A stretch of 64,000 nt of DNA from Oopsacas minuta (lineage: Eukaryota > Animalia > Porifera). The stretch is from the NCBI GenBank assembly GCA_024704765.1, contig JAKMXF010000110.1, positions 248,001 to 312,000 of the forward strand, given 5' to 3'. Shown piece after piece: positions 22,501-33,800 of the stretch. How positions within the stretch are numbered: the stretch's first letter is position 1; every line of letters starts with the position of its first letter. The notes under the pieces were generated by a model. It saw only the letters and a list, made by a program, of their open reading frames with translations, ran no database searches and was not told where the DNA came from. The translations under genes and the position numbers were made by a program.

Positions 22501-23479
22501 CTAGAATGGTTGAAGAAGGAATAGAATGTCCTTCTTGTAAATTCAAATATGAATTAGCTAGAGGGGGTTGTATGCATTTTAGATGTACTCAGTGTCCAGC
22601 TGAATTCTGCTCTGGATGTTTTAGATTGTTTAAGAAAGATAATTGTACTATGTTTGCAAGTTGTGCTAAGAAAGGTAAATAATGGCAAATACAGGTGGAC
22701 CTAATACAGTGGAACCTCATTAGGACCAACACGGTTGATATGAAATCCCCGATAAAACTAACATATTTTGACAATCTGTTGGTATTCTTATTAATGAGGT
22801 TTCACTGTATTATATTTGGGATACTACATACATTTTAATTACACAATACATAGGTCTTCATGCCCATCACCCTCGTAACTGCCAATACTTCACTCGTGAT
22901 ATGGATATCCTAAAAATGAAAGAACTATTGGAGATGGCAGGATTCCAGAGAGATGAAGCTGTACAGAAAGAACCTGTACCTGTACCTGTACCTGTACCTG
23001 TACCCGAGGGTGCACAAGCTATCCCCGTGAAAAAGAAGCAACAAATATATAAAGTTAAAGTCCCCGATGAACACAAACAGGCCGTTATAGAAGAATTGAA
23101 GAATGAAATGGGAGATGCTTATGCTGAACCTCCACAAGGAGAGCTTAAAATTCCTTGTCAAATTATTGAATACAAAGATAGTCCAGATAAAGGTTATGAG
23201 AAGGAACACTGTAGTAAATCTTCTCTTGAGAAGGATGGTTATGCTGGATTGTGTGAGAAACATTATAAAGAATATCTATGCGGTCTAATGACTAAAGCCG
23301 GTTTGGATCCAATTGATGTTCTTCAAGTGACTGAGGATAGCATTTTCGAATTATTCGCCATTTTGAGAAGAAATGAAATTCCATTTGACGACAAGATGAA
23401 AGGAGATCAACTGAAACTCCTCATTAAAGAAAAATTACCTCTTGAACCGATGACTTTCAAAGGAGCTCTTCAAGTTTAA
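16525..23479 (+). CDS. RNF31: HOIP/RNF31-like RBR E3 ligase (PUB - ZF - NZF - UBA - RING1-IBR-RING2 - LDD), 9 exons
   Basis: Exons 16525-16621, 16961-17094, 17351-17656, 18110-18281, 18478-19399, 19918-20362, 21643-22109, 22301-22674, 22854-23479. PUB-like GTHDVIKKLGYT..FP; NZF WNCSNCTYTN..CEMC; catalytic ARGGCMHF; GLHAHHPRNC..RD of the RING2-LDD junction. Confidence 0.9.
20498..21583. mobile_element. MITE-A copy interrupted by the 913-bp foldback element
   Basis: Left half 20498-20585 and right half 21499-21583 rejoin to match the intact MITE-A at 54529-54676. Confidence 0.8.
20586..21498. mobile_element. 913-bp non-autonomous Tc1/mariner-type foldback element with ~342-bp perfect terminal inverted repeats
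   Basis: 20586-20927 is the reverse complement of 21157-21498 in every stretch I compared. Ends CAGTCAGGGGACAAAAGTATTCGAACAC; TA on both sides; no ORF in the short spacer. Confidence 0.92.
22973..23005 (+). repeat. (CCTGTA)5 coding microsatellite giving PVPVPVPVPVP in the HOIP LDD
   Basis: Direct hexamer repeat, in frame in ORF 22901-23479. Confidence 0.9.
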
Positions 23480-23640
23480 TCTCATAATTAAGTAATTATT
23501 GTTAACGTCTTTTGATACATATTTTAATTTCTATTAGCTTAGATTTGAAGACCTTTTGTATATACTACCCAGAATGTTAAAGCTTTGCTCTTTATTGCGC
23601 GTTCAATAAATTATTATCTGTGTTAGCTATATGTGTTATA

Positions 23641-23742
23641 TGTCTTATTTTAAATATTATTCCAGACTAATTATATTATGTAGAATTGTCTTATTTTAAA
23701 TATTATTCCAGACTAATTATATTATGTAGAATTGTCTTATTT
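23641..23742. repeat. 46-bp tandem duplication (~2.2 copies), intergenic
   Basis: TGTCTTATTTTAAATATTATTCCAGACTAATTATATTATGTAGAAT repeated head-to-tail. Confidence 0.9.
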
Positions 23743-23796
23743 ATTTGACTGTTAAATCAAGACGTGGGCCAAGACGCAACGAGAGGTATTGTAATA

Positions 23797-23947
23797 CAGT
23801 CAACTCCTGTTATATCGAGCAAGAATGTACGTTCGAGATAACAGGAGTTTCCTGTAAAATATGGTCCTAAACCATCAAAGTAACATAAATATTATATGTT
23901 ATATCAAATTCAGTTTATATTGAAGTAATTATTGTAGTCTTTGACTG
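23797..23947. mobile_element. MITE-A copy immediately upstream of TBC1D19
   Basis: TA-CAGTCAACTCCTGTTATATCGA ... TTGACTG-TA with the shared internal core (AATATGGTCC..CAAAGTAACA). Confidence 0.75.
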
Positions 23948-23987
23948 TATTTATATGTTATTAAGCTGTAGGCAGAAATATTAGGTG

Positions 23988-25547
23988 ATGACATCTGGCA
24001 ATACTTCGAAACAGAATAAAATAGTAGAAATAATATTACAATCTGAAATGGGATATTCCATTAAAAATAAAATCCACAATTCTCTACCCGATCACTTCGA
24101 ATCAAAACAAGCTCTAAAGGATAAAATGAAAACATTATTATCTAACGCGGAAATAAAACAATCTATTTGCAATGAAATTTATCGATTCAACTCAAAGTAT
24201 AAAGTAAATCAAGGCAAAGAGGAAGTAGATTATTTATTAGAAGCTCAGAAGAAATGGGAAGAACAATTAATCAAGAGTATTAACACAATAGCTAGTGAGA
24301 GAGGTAAACCATTAGCTGCTCCTATGGGAGATCATGACGTAGCTAACTTTAGAAGAAAATGGAAATCACTCGGGACAGAAATGAACGAAGATACAAACTA
24401 TAAACCTATTTATTCACAGAAAGATTTGTTCGCTTATTTATGTAAAATTAGGAATCCAAATTATAAAGAGTTTGTTATGGGACAGGAAACCCGTGGAACT
24501 CTCGGTCTTATAAAAATCCCATTAGCTACCATAGATATAAAAGAATTACAAAATCAATTCATCGATCTTTCATTAGATAGATCGCATATTGGAGTTGAGC
24601 AAGCTGACAATTCTAATACTAATCCTATAGAAGAACAAGTTGTATTAGCATTATCTGCAGCTAGCACATCTAGTTTGATCCCTGTAGCATTGAGGGCCTG
24701 TAGATTTGGAGTTACACCCTCATTACGTTGTACCTTATGGCCGCTAGCTTTAGACATTGATTTGGAATCAAGAAAAGGACAAATTGAATTCATTAATCTT
24801 GAAAAAGATGTGTTGACAAATTCCCTACTTTTAGATCAGATATTTATAAATGATGTCAAATCAAATTCAGCAAATGATGACAATTATTTTGTATTTGAAG
24901 ACCCAACACTACAAGTACTGTTATGTGCAGCACGTGACTATAAAATGATGAGTATGTATACACATAGTAATGCATCACCACTGAAATGTGTTAACAAATT
25001 AATAGATGGAGGTCAGGAAATCGTGGCATACCCACCTAGCGGTTTGATCCCTATGTATGGGGTATCATATTTCATATCTCCTCTATGCTATGTGTTTTCA
25101 CATCATTGGAAAATATATAGTACATTCACTGCAATGTATACAAGGTATTTCCATAAGCTTACTGTTATTTCCACCGATACGAATTCTATATTGTCTTTAT
25201 CGAAACATTTCGAAATGTTACTAATTGAAAAACATCCTATGCTATTCTTACACCTAATTTCGTGTGGTATACAACCGTTAAAATTCGCGTTTCGCTGGAT
25301 GACGTGTGCATTTGCAGGCTACTTAGAAGCAGAGCAGGTTTTGCTATTATGGGATAGGATTATTGGATTTAAATCTCTATTGTTACTGCCAATAGCAGCA
25401 ACTGCAATATTTGAGTTCCGTAGTAGTAACTTAATGCAAGTACAGAGAAGTGAAGAGGCTGAGGCTGTGTTATATAACCTCAATCATGTAGCTATTATAC
25501 CATTAATACAGCAGTTCTTATTTGTACCTAATCAATTGTTAATTTAA
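23988..25547 (+). CDS. TBC1D19: TBC1 domain family member 19 (Rab-GAP TBC fold), intronless
   Basis: ~520-aa ORF with NDDNYFVFED..QVLLC, YPPSGLIP..G, QPLKFAFRWM..AFAGYL..EQVLLLWDRIIG, all characteristic of TBC1D19. Confidence 0.9.
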   Translation: MTSGNTSKQNKIVEIILQSEMGYSIKNKIHNSLPDHFESKQALKDKMKTLLSNAEIKQSICNEIYRFNSKYKVNQGKEEVDYLLEAQKKWEEQLIKSINTIASERGKPLAAPMGDHDVANFRRKWKSLGTEMNEDTNYKPIYSQKDLFAYLCKIRNPNYKEFVMGQETRGTLGLIKIPLATIDIKELQNQFIDLSLDRSHIGVEQADNSNTNPIEEQVVLALSAASTSSLIPVALRACRFGVTPSLRCTLWPLALDIDLESRKGQIEFINLEKDVLTNSLLLDQIFINDVKSNSANDDNYFVFEDPTLQVLLCAARDYKMMSMYTHSNASPLKCVNKLIDGGQEIVAYPPSGLIPMYGVSYFISPLCYVFSHHWKIYSTFTAMYTRYFHKLTVISTDTNSILSLSKHFEMLLIEKHPMLFLHLISCGIQPLKFAFRWMTCAFAGYLEAEQVLLLWDRIIGFKSLLLLPIAATAIFEFRSSNLMQVQRSEEAEAVLYNLNHVAIIPLIQQFLFVPNQLLI

Positions 25548-25679
25548 TATGTTTGCTATGTTTGTATTTGTGATAATTATCAATTAGATCATTCGATATC
25601 TTTACAATACATTTAGTATGGCGGACAAACACCATTTTGGGCAAGCGCTTTCCTGTATATCCCCTATTATTACTCAATA

Positions 25680-25766
25680 CAGTTAACCCTCGTTATATTG
25701 AAGCTCAAGGGACTGCGATAGTTGCTTCAATATAAACCGGAATATCGATATAACGGGAGTTAACTG
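25680..25766. mobile_element. MITE-A copy between the convergent TBC1D19 and parvin 3' ends
   Basis: TA-CAGTTAACCCTCGTTATATTGAAGCTCAAGGGA ... GATATAACGGGAGTTAACTG-TA. Confidence 0.8.
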
Positions 25767-25903
25767 TATTTATATTTGTATTATAATTGCATAATATAAT
25801 TTAAGTATAGATATAGACATAATTATACAATTTTAAGTGTTTGAAGACAAAATATAGAAAATATAATTCTATCAATTCACTCAAAGAAACACTGTTATTA
25901 TAC

Positions 25904-28054
25904 TCAAGTAGATGATTTTCCATATTTAGTGAAAATAGAGTATAGTACCCTCATTACTGACTTTACGTCTCCGTGCACGACTTCTATATTATCGAAAAAT
26001 AACTATAAATTCGTTACGAAAGCATTCTCATTACGTACAATCAAATGTTGTTTGTTTTAAGAATTTCAGTAATAAGAATTTGAACCGATAAATTATAATC
26101 TTACCATCAGCTTTCGTTCTTTTGAGAGATATTCCTGCTTCTTCGATTAGTTTGAAGGCAAAGTACATATTCTCAAGCTAAACGAGATTATTTTCATCTG
26201 TAAAATATTCTTAGTATTTATGAAAATGTTTGGCTGTTTACCTTTTGATCGAAATTGAGTGGAGTTTCATGATACAGACCAAATGGTATGAAGTATCCCT
26301 CTAGTATACACATCAAGTATATAAGATATATCCCACTCTGAAACTACGGAATAACATGTATCATTATATTTCATAATTACAGGAATATACGAATATTACA
26401 CAAACCTCTGTTTCCACATTCGTAATTTCAATATTCATTATATTTAGTTTCTTGTTTACAAAGAATGTCAGTGACTAAATAAGATACACTATGTTAAACA
26501 GGTAGGGAACGAGATGGTAATAATGACAATTAACCTTCCTAACAACATCTATCCTATCGTTCCTCTCATTGAACAGCTGATCAAATACATCTTTGGTAGG
26601 ACCATAGGATCTACAGATATATTATGCAATTTTATAGCCAAGTAAATTATAGTATATGGGATAATACAAAATAGTAAATTAGTTATAACTTACACAGCAC
26701 TTGTGTCTCCTCCAGTAATCTCCTCTCTCGTGGTAGAGTATTCAAATGTTCCATCTGGTGACATCTGTAACGGTTATAGTATATAATTAAGCAATCTACA
26801 TCCTATGAGATCTCAAAATCCCAGATATAAATTCATAAAACTAGATGTATTTATGACAAAGTCAAATGAACAAACCTTTATAACAGATACTTGTACAGAT
26901 ACGTTGGTAGGTAGAGTTTGTGGAATGTTAAAGAACCTAGCCAGAGCAACCAACAAATGGATAATTACCAAAGGGTTCTTCTTGTGAATCTCTGTATAAC
27001 ACAAATAATTATAACAAATAATTATAAGTGATCAGAAAATGTTATACCTTCCACAGACCATGGACACTCTTTTGGATTCAAATTAAGTCTCTTATGAACT
27101 TCATCTAATGACCAAGTTAGCTTACTTCTCTAATTTTGAGGTATAAAGAATTAAATACAACGATTAAATGCGGAATAAGTAAATAATATATTGTGGGTAC
27201 CTGTGAAATGACAGATTGTGCAATTGTAGATTGGAAAGGTTGTTCAATTTCAAATAATATCTCTACAATAATTATATATGATAATTATACTTATAGCTAT
27301 TTCAGTATTCCATTATTCGTACCTATAAATTCAGATAATACTTGTCCATCAAAGAAATCATCTACAATATCTCTAACTATTATTCTCCTCACAGATACTA
27401 CGTCATTCACCCAGTCTAACAAAACCTACAGCGAATATAATTATAGTATTTATTCTTAATACTTTGGATACCGGTTATAAGAACTCCCTTGGGAGTAGCA
27501 ATACATGTTCTCTTAACTGGCATAAAATATACAGGAATATATGAGAACTGTTTTCTAGAGGATGTTGCTTATATCCGGTGTTCTTATAATCGGCATCCAC
27601 TGTATGATAATTGGGACTTACCTTGACGAGAGCTTGAATTTTAATCTCTTTCAATGACATAGGGGTTACAGTATGTCTCTCATCTCCAACATCTATAAAT
27701 TCAAAGTATTAAATCAAATATTTCGGTTATTTTATGTTGGTCTGTTTCATGATATATTTAACTAGACCACTAATTAGTATATCTTACCCATAATATATGT
27801 ATCAGTAGGAGATTTGTATGTAGTATCTCCTGTATCAGATAGCTGCATTGCTTTCAAACCTTCCTTTAGTAGTGCATTGGCTGAACAAACAAAATAAATA
27901 TTAAGTTTACTTCATAGTTTATATGTCACCTGTCAAATTGAGTAATTCGACTGGTACTTGCAATATAACTTTATACTATACCTTCTGCTGCCTCTTTCTC
28001 TGCTTTAGATTTAAATATTTTCTTTAAGGATTTTCCTGGATTTGCAGTTGCCAT
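25904..28054 (-). CDS. PARVA/PARVB: Parvin (two CH domains), about 13 short exons
   Basis: Reconstructed exons encode VLLDWVNDVVSVRRIIVRDIVDDFFDGQVL, IHKKNPLVIIHLLVALARFF, DVFDQLF, FQSGIYLIYLMCILEGYFIP, ENMYFAFKLI and VHGDVKSVMRVLYSIFTKY, all parvin hallmarks. ATG 28054, TGA 25904-25906. Confidence 0.9.
27465..27602. mobile_element. MITE-D (TIR CAGTGGATGCCGGTTATAAGAAC) in a parvin intron; relatives ~19740-19830, ~29490-29790, ~55160-55225
   Basis: Shared CTTGGGAGTAGCAATACATGTTCT core and GGATGCCGG/CCGGCATCC termini. Confidence 0.7.
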
Positions 28055-28351
28055 ATTTCACTATATTTCTGCTATATAAAGATCCTTTTTGAATCTTATA
28101 AAGAAAGGTTTGAAAATTTCATTTTGAAAAAATTAATACCCTAGGTGCAAATCTACACCCCAAAATGTACCCATGTGCCAATTTCAGATCAATCAGACCA
28201 CTAGATTTCTTAGGACCGGAAGTACGTACGTGGTGGTATTTTGTAAAATTATTGTCGTTTTTCATTTCTGGGAATAATATAATTACAATACTATATTCAA
28301 TAAAACTAATGGGGGGCGTATAAATATCAGTTAATAAAGATTTAAGTACAT

Positions 28352-29437
28352 TTATGTTTCAACTTGTTCTAGCAAACTTATCAGAGCATTCATAATCAAC
28401 CCATCTTTTACTTTTTGCATCTCTCTAGCTTGCGATAAATCATAATCCTGTGTGTCAAGACCTGATATTAATTCTGATATAATAAACTCATTTAACACAT
28501 TAGATAAATTATCCTGTATATCATTGATAGTTAATTTCTTCATTATAGTTGTATTACGTTCTAAACTCAATTCTGTTAACAAAACATCTCGTGTCTCTTC
28601 CCATAGAATTTCATTGTATAACTCAACAGTAATTTCCTCTAGCAAACACTCTTGTACTATTTCCTCGATGAAATCATTAGATAGGACGTCATCAATTATA
28701 TTGTCTCTGAGCACAAAGCATTCTAGATCTAGCAGTACTAGATAAGCACTGTAATCTAGCCAGTCAATTACAAAGTTAACTACCATTAGTTCTACTGCTT
28801 CTGAAATAAGATCACTTGCAATTGATCTATAAACTGAATCTATTAATTCTCTGTTCTTGAATTTCTCCTTATTATGTAGAGCTTGTCTTAAGCGTTTTAG
28901 TATAGGTCGTACATGTTTTCTTACCCAATACCCCCTCCAGTACATTTGTATTATTACAGCAGCTTCCTTACGTGTATATTTAACTATACGATTAGCATAT
29001 GTACCTAGGTTAAATTTGTTGTAAGGATATTTGGGAGGGTGAGGATCAAACATGGGGTATATTGGTGGTAGAATAGAACCTCTCAGCTCTGTGAATGGAG
29101 AATGAGGTTTATTAGGGATTGGTAGAGACTGGTAGAACATTGCATTAGGAGGAGCTGACTCTATATAAGGCTGTATTGGCTGTTGATAAATCGGTTGTGC
29201 GTATATACTATTATATGGATAGTTAGAGTAAGCTGATTGCTGTTGTTGGAGCTGTTGCAGTTGTAATTGATGTTTGCGGATTTGTTCTTGTAATGGTTGC
29301 TGTTGGTGAGAGACCAGGTTACCTTGTTGAAGATATAAAGGGTTTAGCTGAGCTCCTACTGGGTAATCTTGTCGTGTATTGTTGTTGTGTGTGTAGTTAG
29401 GTAATATACCATTTGGGTGTCTGAAAGGATCTGACAT
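28352..29437 (-). CDS. IQ-motif protein with Q/P/Y-rich N-terminus and acidic helical C-terminus, intronless
   Basis: 361-aa ORF; IQ motif AAVIIQMYWRGYWVRK; poly-Q/YQQP low-complexity N-terminus. Confidence 0.75.
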   Translation of the reverse strand: MSDPFRHPNGILPNYTHNNNTRQDYPVGAQLNPLYLQQGNLVSHQQQPLQEQIRKHQLQLQQLQQQQSAYSNYPYNSIYAQPIYQQPIQPYIESAPPNAMFYQSLPIPNKPHSPFTELRGSILPPIYPMFDPHPPKYPYNKFNLGTYANRIVKYTRKEAAVIIQMYWRGYWVRKHVRPILKRLRQALHNKEKFKNRELIDSVYRSIASDLISEAVELMVVNFVIDWLDYSAYLVLLDLECFVLRDNIIDDVLSNDFIEEIVQECLLEEITVELYNEILWEETRDVLLTELSLERNTTIMKKLTINDIQDNLSNVLNEFIISELISGLDTQDYDLSQAREMQKVKDGLIMNALISLLEQVET

Positions 29438-29868
29438 ACCGGTGGCTTCAGCTCACTAACATAATGGCAAAATTTTAGTGACTGTATATTGTATGGATGC
29501 CGGTTATATAAACCCCCTTGGGAGTAGCAATACATGTTCTTATAGCCGGCATAAATATACCAGAATATATAAGAACCGTTTTCTAGAGAATTGTGTTTAT
29601 ATCTGGCATGTTCTTATCAAGCCCTAGTGCCCTCTGAGAAGGGGGCATTTGGCCTGTACCTCACGCTCCAAAAAATGTATATTCCATCGACTAATCATCA
29701 CAATATTTGGGTAATATGTACTAATTTTCGGGAAGATAGAAAATCTCCGATCCAGTCAGAGGCCTGGTTGTTATAATAGGCATCCAATGTATTATATAAT
29801 GTTTTAAATTTTAGAGTTATTTCATAATTCGAGTTTTCGAGTATAAATATAAACATACAAATAATTAA

Positions 29869-30090
29869 TTAATCAAAATTAGTGCTTTCATATGCTATCT
29901 CTAATTTATTATCTTTTATGATATTTTCCAGTCTTCTCCTTTCATTTTGTAAACATTCAAGTTGTGATTTTAAGTCAATTTGTCTGGCCTTCTGAGTTTT
30001 CACATCAATCCTACTCTGTACTACAGTCCCTACTATTAAGCTGGCGAAAATTCCTGCACCCAACATCCACGGGTTCACACGAGAAAACAT
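29869..30090 (-). CDS. 73-aa microprotein: N-terminal TM helix + coiled coil
   Basis: ATG-initiated; hydrophobic WMLGAGIFASLIVGTVV followed by heptad-like LKSQLECLQNERRRLENII. Confidence 0.55.
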   Translation of the reverse strand: MFSRVNPWMLGAGIFASLIVGTVVQSRIDVKTQKARQIDLKSQLECLQNERRRLENIIKDNKLEIAYESTNFD

Positions 30091-30551
30091 TTCTAATTAT
30101 GTATAAATATATATTTAAAGTTTTAAACACACCATACATGATGCAACTTTGTTTTATACAATAAGGCAACATACAGGAACAAGTTCTATTTCCTATTTCT
30201 ATGCGGCAAGCTACTTGTAAGTTGTAACATTGTTGCAGCAACTCTTAAGGTGATGCCCGGTTGCGATAATTAGCCCAGCAAAATGGTGGGTAATGCTATT
30301 TTGTTTGAACATACACGATGCAAAAATGCATGCACAGTTGCATCGTATAAGGTGGGCTTTTTAGATGAAGTCTGTTGAATTTACAAAGTGAGATGAGAAG
30401 ATATTGAATTACAAGAAATATGAAATACTAAAGGCACACATACAGATTTTAATTAAATTCTCAATTATGAAATTCTAACCAATAATTATTAAATGTACCA
30501 CCAGCTTGACTTCGATCAAAGATACTTAAGTCACTTTTCAAAATGTGACAC

Positions 30552-30624
30552 GGCGTGGTGGCCAAGTGGCTAAGGCGTCGGTCTCGTAAACCGAAGATCG
30601 AGGGTTCGAATCCCTCTCACGCCT
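30552..30624 (+). tRNA. trnT-CGT: tRNA-Thr(CGT)
   Basis: Acceptor stem GGCGTGG/TCACGCC, D-loop AAGTGG, anticodon arm TCGGT-CTCGTAA-ACCGA, T-loop GGTTCGAATCC, followed by a T-run Pol III terminator. Confidence 0.95.
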
Positions 30625-30842
30625 TTTTATCAAATTTTTACGAACCTACTATTTTTGAACATATTTTAAAGTAAATGTAGATATCATTTTATCAACATAA
30701 ATACTATAATAAAGAATTGTTTCGTTATAAGAAATACATATAAATTATATAATAATAATATCTTCAAAAATAAACACCACACAGCTTTTACCATATCCTC
30801 CCTTCGTTGTAAGCAGGATTCTCCAAATCTTTACATGTCTAC

Positions 30843-33800
30843 TCACTTTCGTATTACAGAATTCTTATAAGCTCTCTGTGCAATCTCGGCTCTAAACATT
30901 TATTATTTCATATTTTACTAATTTCAATGTTATAATTTCGTCATCAACTTACCTCACTATATCAAGATTTCTCGTATCTCTTATATCTGTACCTATTACT
31001 TTTACAGCAAGAGGAGTTATGATGTAAGGTTGTGCGTAAAAGCTAGCCTACATCCAAAAAGTTTACAAATTATTCATTGGATAGCAAATTTCCCATTAAC
31101 TAATACATACATACTCATATGTATTCAAAGAGGAGATGAACATATAAGCACTGACTATATTTTACAATCATCTCACCAATCCGTTCTTGTAATAGTTGAC
31201 AGCATTAATAACTGATTCCCAGTCTTCAAACAGAACCCAAGCTGAACAGAAGTTTTCGTATTTCTCAGAATCCTATATTAGTTAGCCTCTATAAACTCAC
31301 TTTGAATAGTCAAAAATCTGTACTAACCTTACACATAACAACTTCTACAACTCTACAATCAGCCTGAACTTCAAATATTACAGCCAGTTTTTCCTGTGTA
31401 GCAGTTACATGTAGGCATGACACATACACACCCTTCTCTCTGTATTCCTCTATAAACAACCAAGAAGGGACGGATTCAGAGGAACCGATAACCTCTTTCC
31501 ATTCTCCAGAAGTTAGCTGTATCTCTCCTATACCTTCTCGCATGCTCTGATAAGCTTGTGTGTATTTCTTACGAGACCTTTGTATTCTAGGATTCCTTGA
31601 TATATTGAAGCAGTATATGAGTGTGATACACTCCCATAACCCTAGTGTTGTAGCTTTATATTTCCTATAAGTTGAGGAGGCATAACATACAGGACGCTAA
31701 AAGACAATACATACTACCTTATATTAGTCTCAATGTTAAGAGAATCAATCTTCTCCCAATTTTGATTCTGGTACTCTCCAACTCCATACATTTTCATTAC
31801 AACTAAAGGCTTCATACTCCCTTGTGATAAACGGCTCTCTAATACGAATAACATTAAGAAATTGCGTCATATAATAATACCCTATAAACACTTACCAATA
31901 ACTTGCATTATATTAGAGTGATAGAGCTGTAGATATTGCTCAGGGAATTCAGACTTCTGATCTCTGAGATCGATATACTTAAGTCCAGAACATATTCTTG
32001 TTAGGTTTATAAGAGCTAACACTCCATCTGGTCCTATTAAGTTACCGGCTACTTCTACTCTCTCAACTTCTAGCCGAGACAAACAATCCGCTAGTATAGT
32101 AGCTCCGTTTGAATTTATCTATTAAATAGAGGGATAATGTATCGCAGCCGTTCCAAGCCTGGGCCCCTTGGTGGTCCACGGACGACAGCATGGGGTCAAC
32201 AGAATCTCAAATTAGTATTGCGTCTATGAGAAGGGCTCACATAAATTTATATAAATTTACATCGTCCACAGATGGAAAATATTGGGAACAGCTGGCATAT
32301 CGCCTTATACCACGGTTAGTACTAGTATTTAACAAGATGAATTACCACAAAAAACTCACTCTATTATTAGATAAGTTAATAGTTTTGAGTGTTTTACGAT
32401 AAGTCAATCCCTCTACCAAATCAGCTACTGCATTATCTCCTAGTCTGTTATAAGCTAGACTCAAATACTCCAGACAGAGTCCGTGTGTGAGTGCTTGAGA
32501 TAAAGGCTTTACGTCTGAGTCATTCAGACTGCATGAGTTGAGTGAGAGACTTGTAAGTGACCAGTTTACCTATAAGCACATATTGAGAGATTAATCTTTG
32601 TATGAATGAAGTTAATACTATTATAGTGTAACCCCCACAAACGAAAACAATGCTTAATGATGACTTAAAATATCGGTTAGAACCTTAGCACTAGAATCTT
32701 GTAAGAATATAATAGAATTGAATAGATTGACTATTGCACTTCTATTCGTCCCTGATAGTTTAATCCCGTCTAGTATAAGTTCTGTTAGTTGAGGTGTATC
32801 TATACCAGTTTCATTAGAATCTGAAGGAAATTATTGACAATAAAATAATAGGAAATGCAGGAATATTGGAAATACAGTCAATATAATATTGAAGCTCAAG
32901 GAACAGTGATAGATTCTTCGATATTACCGTGTTCGATGTAACGGGAGTTGACAGTATATATCTACACAACATGGATAATACCTGTTTCAATCTTACAAAT
33001 GAATTCTGAGAGATTGCCTACTTTATTAGGAGACATAATGCTATGAATAAGTGATAATCTTTTGAGAGAAGGGAATATTCCATCTCTCATTAATCCTATT
33101 AGGTTATCTCCCGTATTAGCTCCATCTGTCAGTTTATCTAATACGCTCAATATATTCTCTTCAGGTTTCTTACCAAGAGCTATAAGACAATGAGAGTGTA
33201 AATTGGAAGTTCAAAAGCACAATAAAATTAATAGCAATTAACTCTACAAACTTGCCAAATCGTCTAATATTCTCCGGCACACATTCTACATTAGAAGAGA
33301 GATCCAGCTCACTGAGATATACCTTGGTAGCAAGCATATTAAATCTGAGTAACTGAAGGGTTCTACCATCAAGTTTGCAACTTGATAGAGTTAGCTTCTT
33401 GAGATAAGATGTTACACTTGTTCCTTCAAGTTTCTCTACAACAAAACTACATGAAACCCGATAACCATAGCGTAATAAAAAACACCAACAGATATAGAAC
33501 TAAATTCAGAGCAAATTTCTTTAAGTCTAATATGTATTTTAACTTATCCATACTCCACTGATATCGTACATAATACTCCACCTTAAAATCTATCTCAACA
33601 GTCTAACTAATATATGAGAATATTCTATTATAGAAATTAGTGCCAATGATTAAACACAGTTTGTTTGATGGGGAATTTATTAGTTGAACTTCTCTATGAT
33701 AACAGCATGTCAGTATGAAGCACTCACAAAATGTATGCTATTATTCTGTGAAAATTATTTACTTAGAAACAGTACTAATGGGATTTGTATGTTGTTGATG

